From positions 1 through 6,260 of the forward strand of contig NW_021829421.1 in NCBI RefSeq assembly GCF_006345805.1: a DNA stretch of 6,260 nt, read 5' to 3'. The notes below the pieces were generated by a model. The model saw nothing but the letters and a program-made list of their open reading frames with translations, had not been told where the DNA came from and made no database searches. The position numbers and the translations under genes are program-made. This stretch comes from Octopus sinensis (lineage: Eukaryota). Below are positions 5,686 to 6,260 of this stretch, piece after piece. Within the stretch, counting starts at the first letter, position 1, and every line of letters begins with the position of its first letter.

Positions 5686-6030
5686 GTTATATACATAGAT
5701 ACAGACGTGTGCATAGCTACATACGTACCTTATATATATTTATACATACACACATACATCTATCAATATACATATACATGTATATAAATATATATAAGTA
5801 TATATATTATATATATATATATTTACACATACATAGATATATGTATGTATATATATATAGTTATATATACATATATTTGTATATATGTATATATATACAT
5901 AAACATATATACATATATATACATACCTATATAAATATATATATACATCTATATACATTATATATATAATAATATATTATATATATATATATAATACACG
6001 CACATGCACACACACATTCACACACATATA
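5686..6030. repeat. Long degenerate (TA)n/(CATA)n/(CA)n low-complexity region
   Basis: Directly visible alternating purine/pyrimidine TA/CA sequence. Confidence 0.92.
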
Positions 6031-6111
6031 GCAAGTCGTTTGGTTTAAGGTGTGGTCATGTGGTCAGAAAATAATCAAACAGTGTAGAATATCATATGTA
6101 CTGCGTTCGAG

Positions 6112-6200
6112 TGTATATGTGTGTATATACAGGCATTACATATATCTATGCACATATGCGTTTGTGGATATATGTATATAATGGCATACGTATAAGTGTA
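6112..6200. repeat. Degenerate (TA)/(TG) low-complexity region
   Basis: gtgtatatgtgtgtatatac...atatgtatata visible. Confidence 0.7.
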
Positions 6201-6260
6201 GCTATGGAGTTTTCATGGTAAACCAGACCAATCGCTCAGAGTACATGCCTATTACTTTGT

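Noticed and set aside
5682-5969. Tyr/Ile/His-rich ORFs 5682..5969 and 5740..5958
   Set aside because: Translation of degenerate (TA)/(CA) repeats.

Overview
AT-rich, microsatellite-dense eukaryotic non-coding DNA with no supportable host protein-coding gene, rRNA, true tRNA or CRISPR array. The repeat families resemble, from my recall, those of octopus (coleoid cephalopod) genomes; this assignment is inference. The informative content is retroelement-derived. (i) A Penelope-like terminal-repeat fragment (~1751-1955) carries a minimal hammerhead-ribozyme-like motif with a non-canonical core (CUGUAGA-A / GAGC-GUAG-GCUC / GAAACGUA). (ii) Two copies of a tRNA-derived CORE-type SINE lie at 1954-2238 (truncated) and 3707-4273 (full length, with a 24-unit 7/8-bp tail). 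(iii) A decayed, 5'-truncated R4/Dong-clade non-LTR retrotransposon 3' end encodes a CCHC knuckle and PD-(D/E)xK restriction-like endonuclease, has frameshifts and a nonsense codon, appears interrupted by the full-length SINE, and ends in a (TAA)n tract. (iv) Two head-to-tail antisense copies of a second tRNA-derived SINE family are nested in that (TAA)n tract. The rest is compound di-, tri- and tetranucleotide repeats, which explain almost all ORFs in the track.
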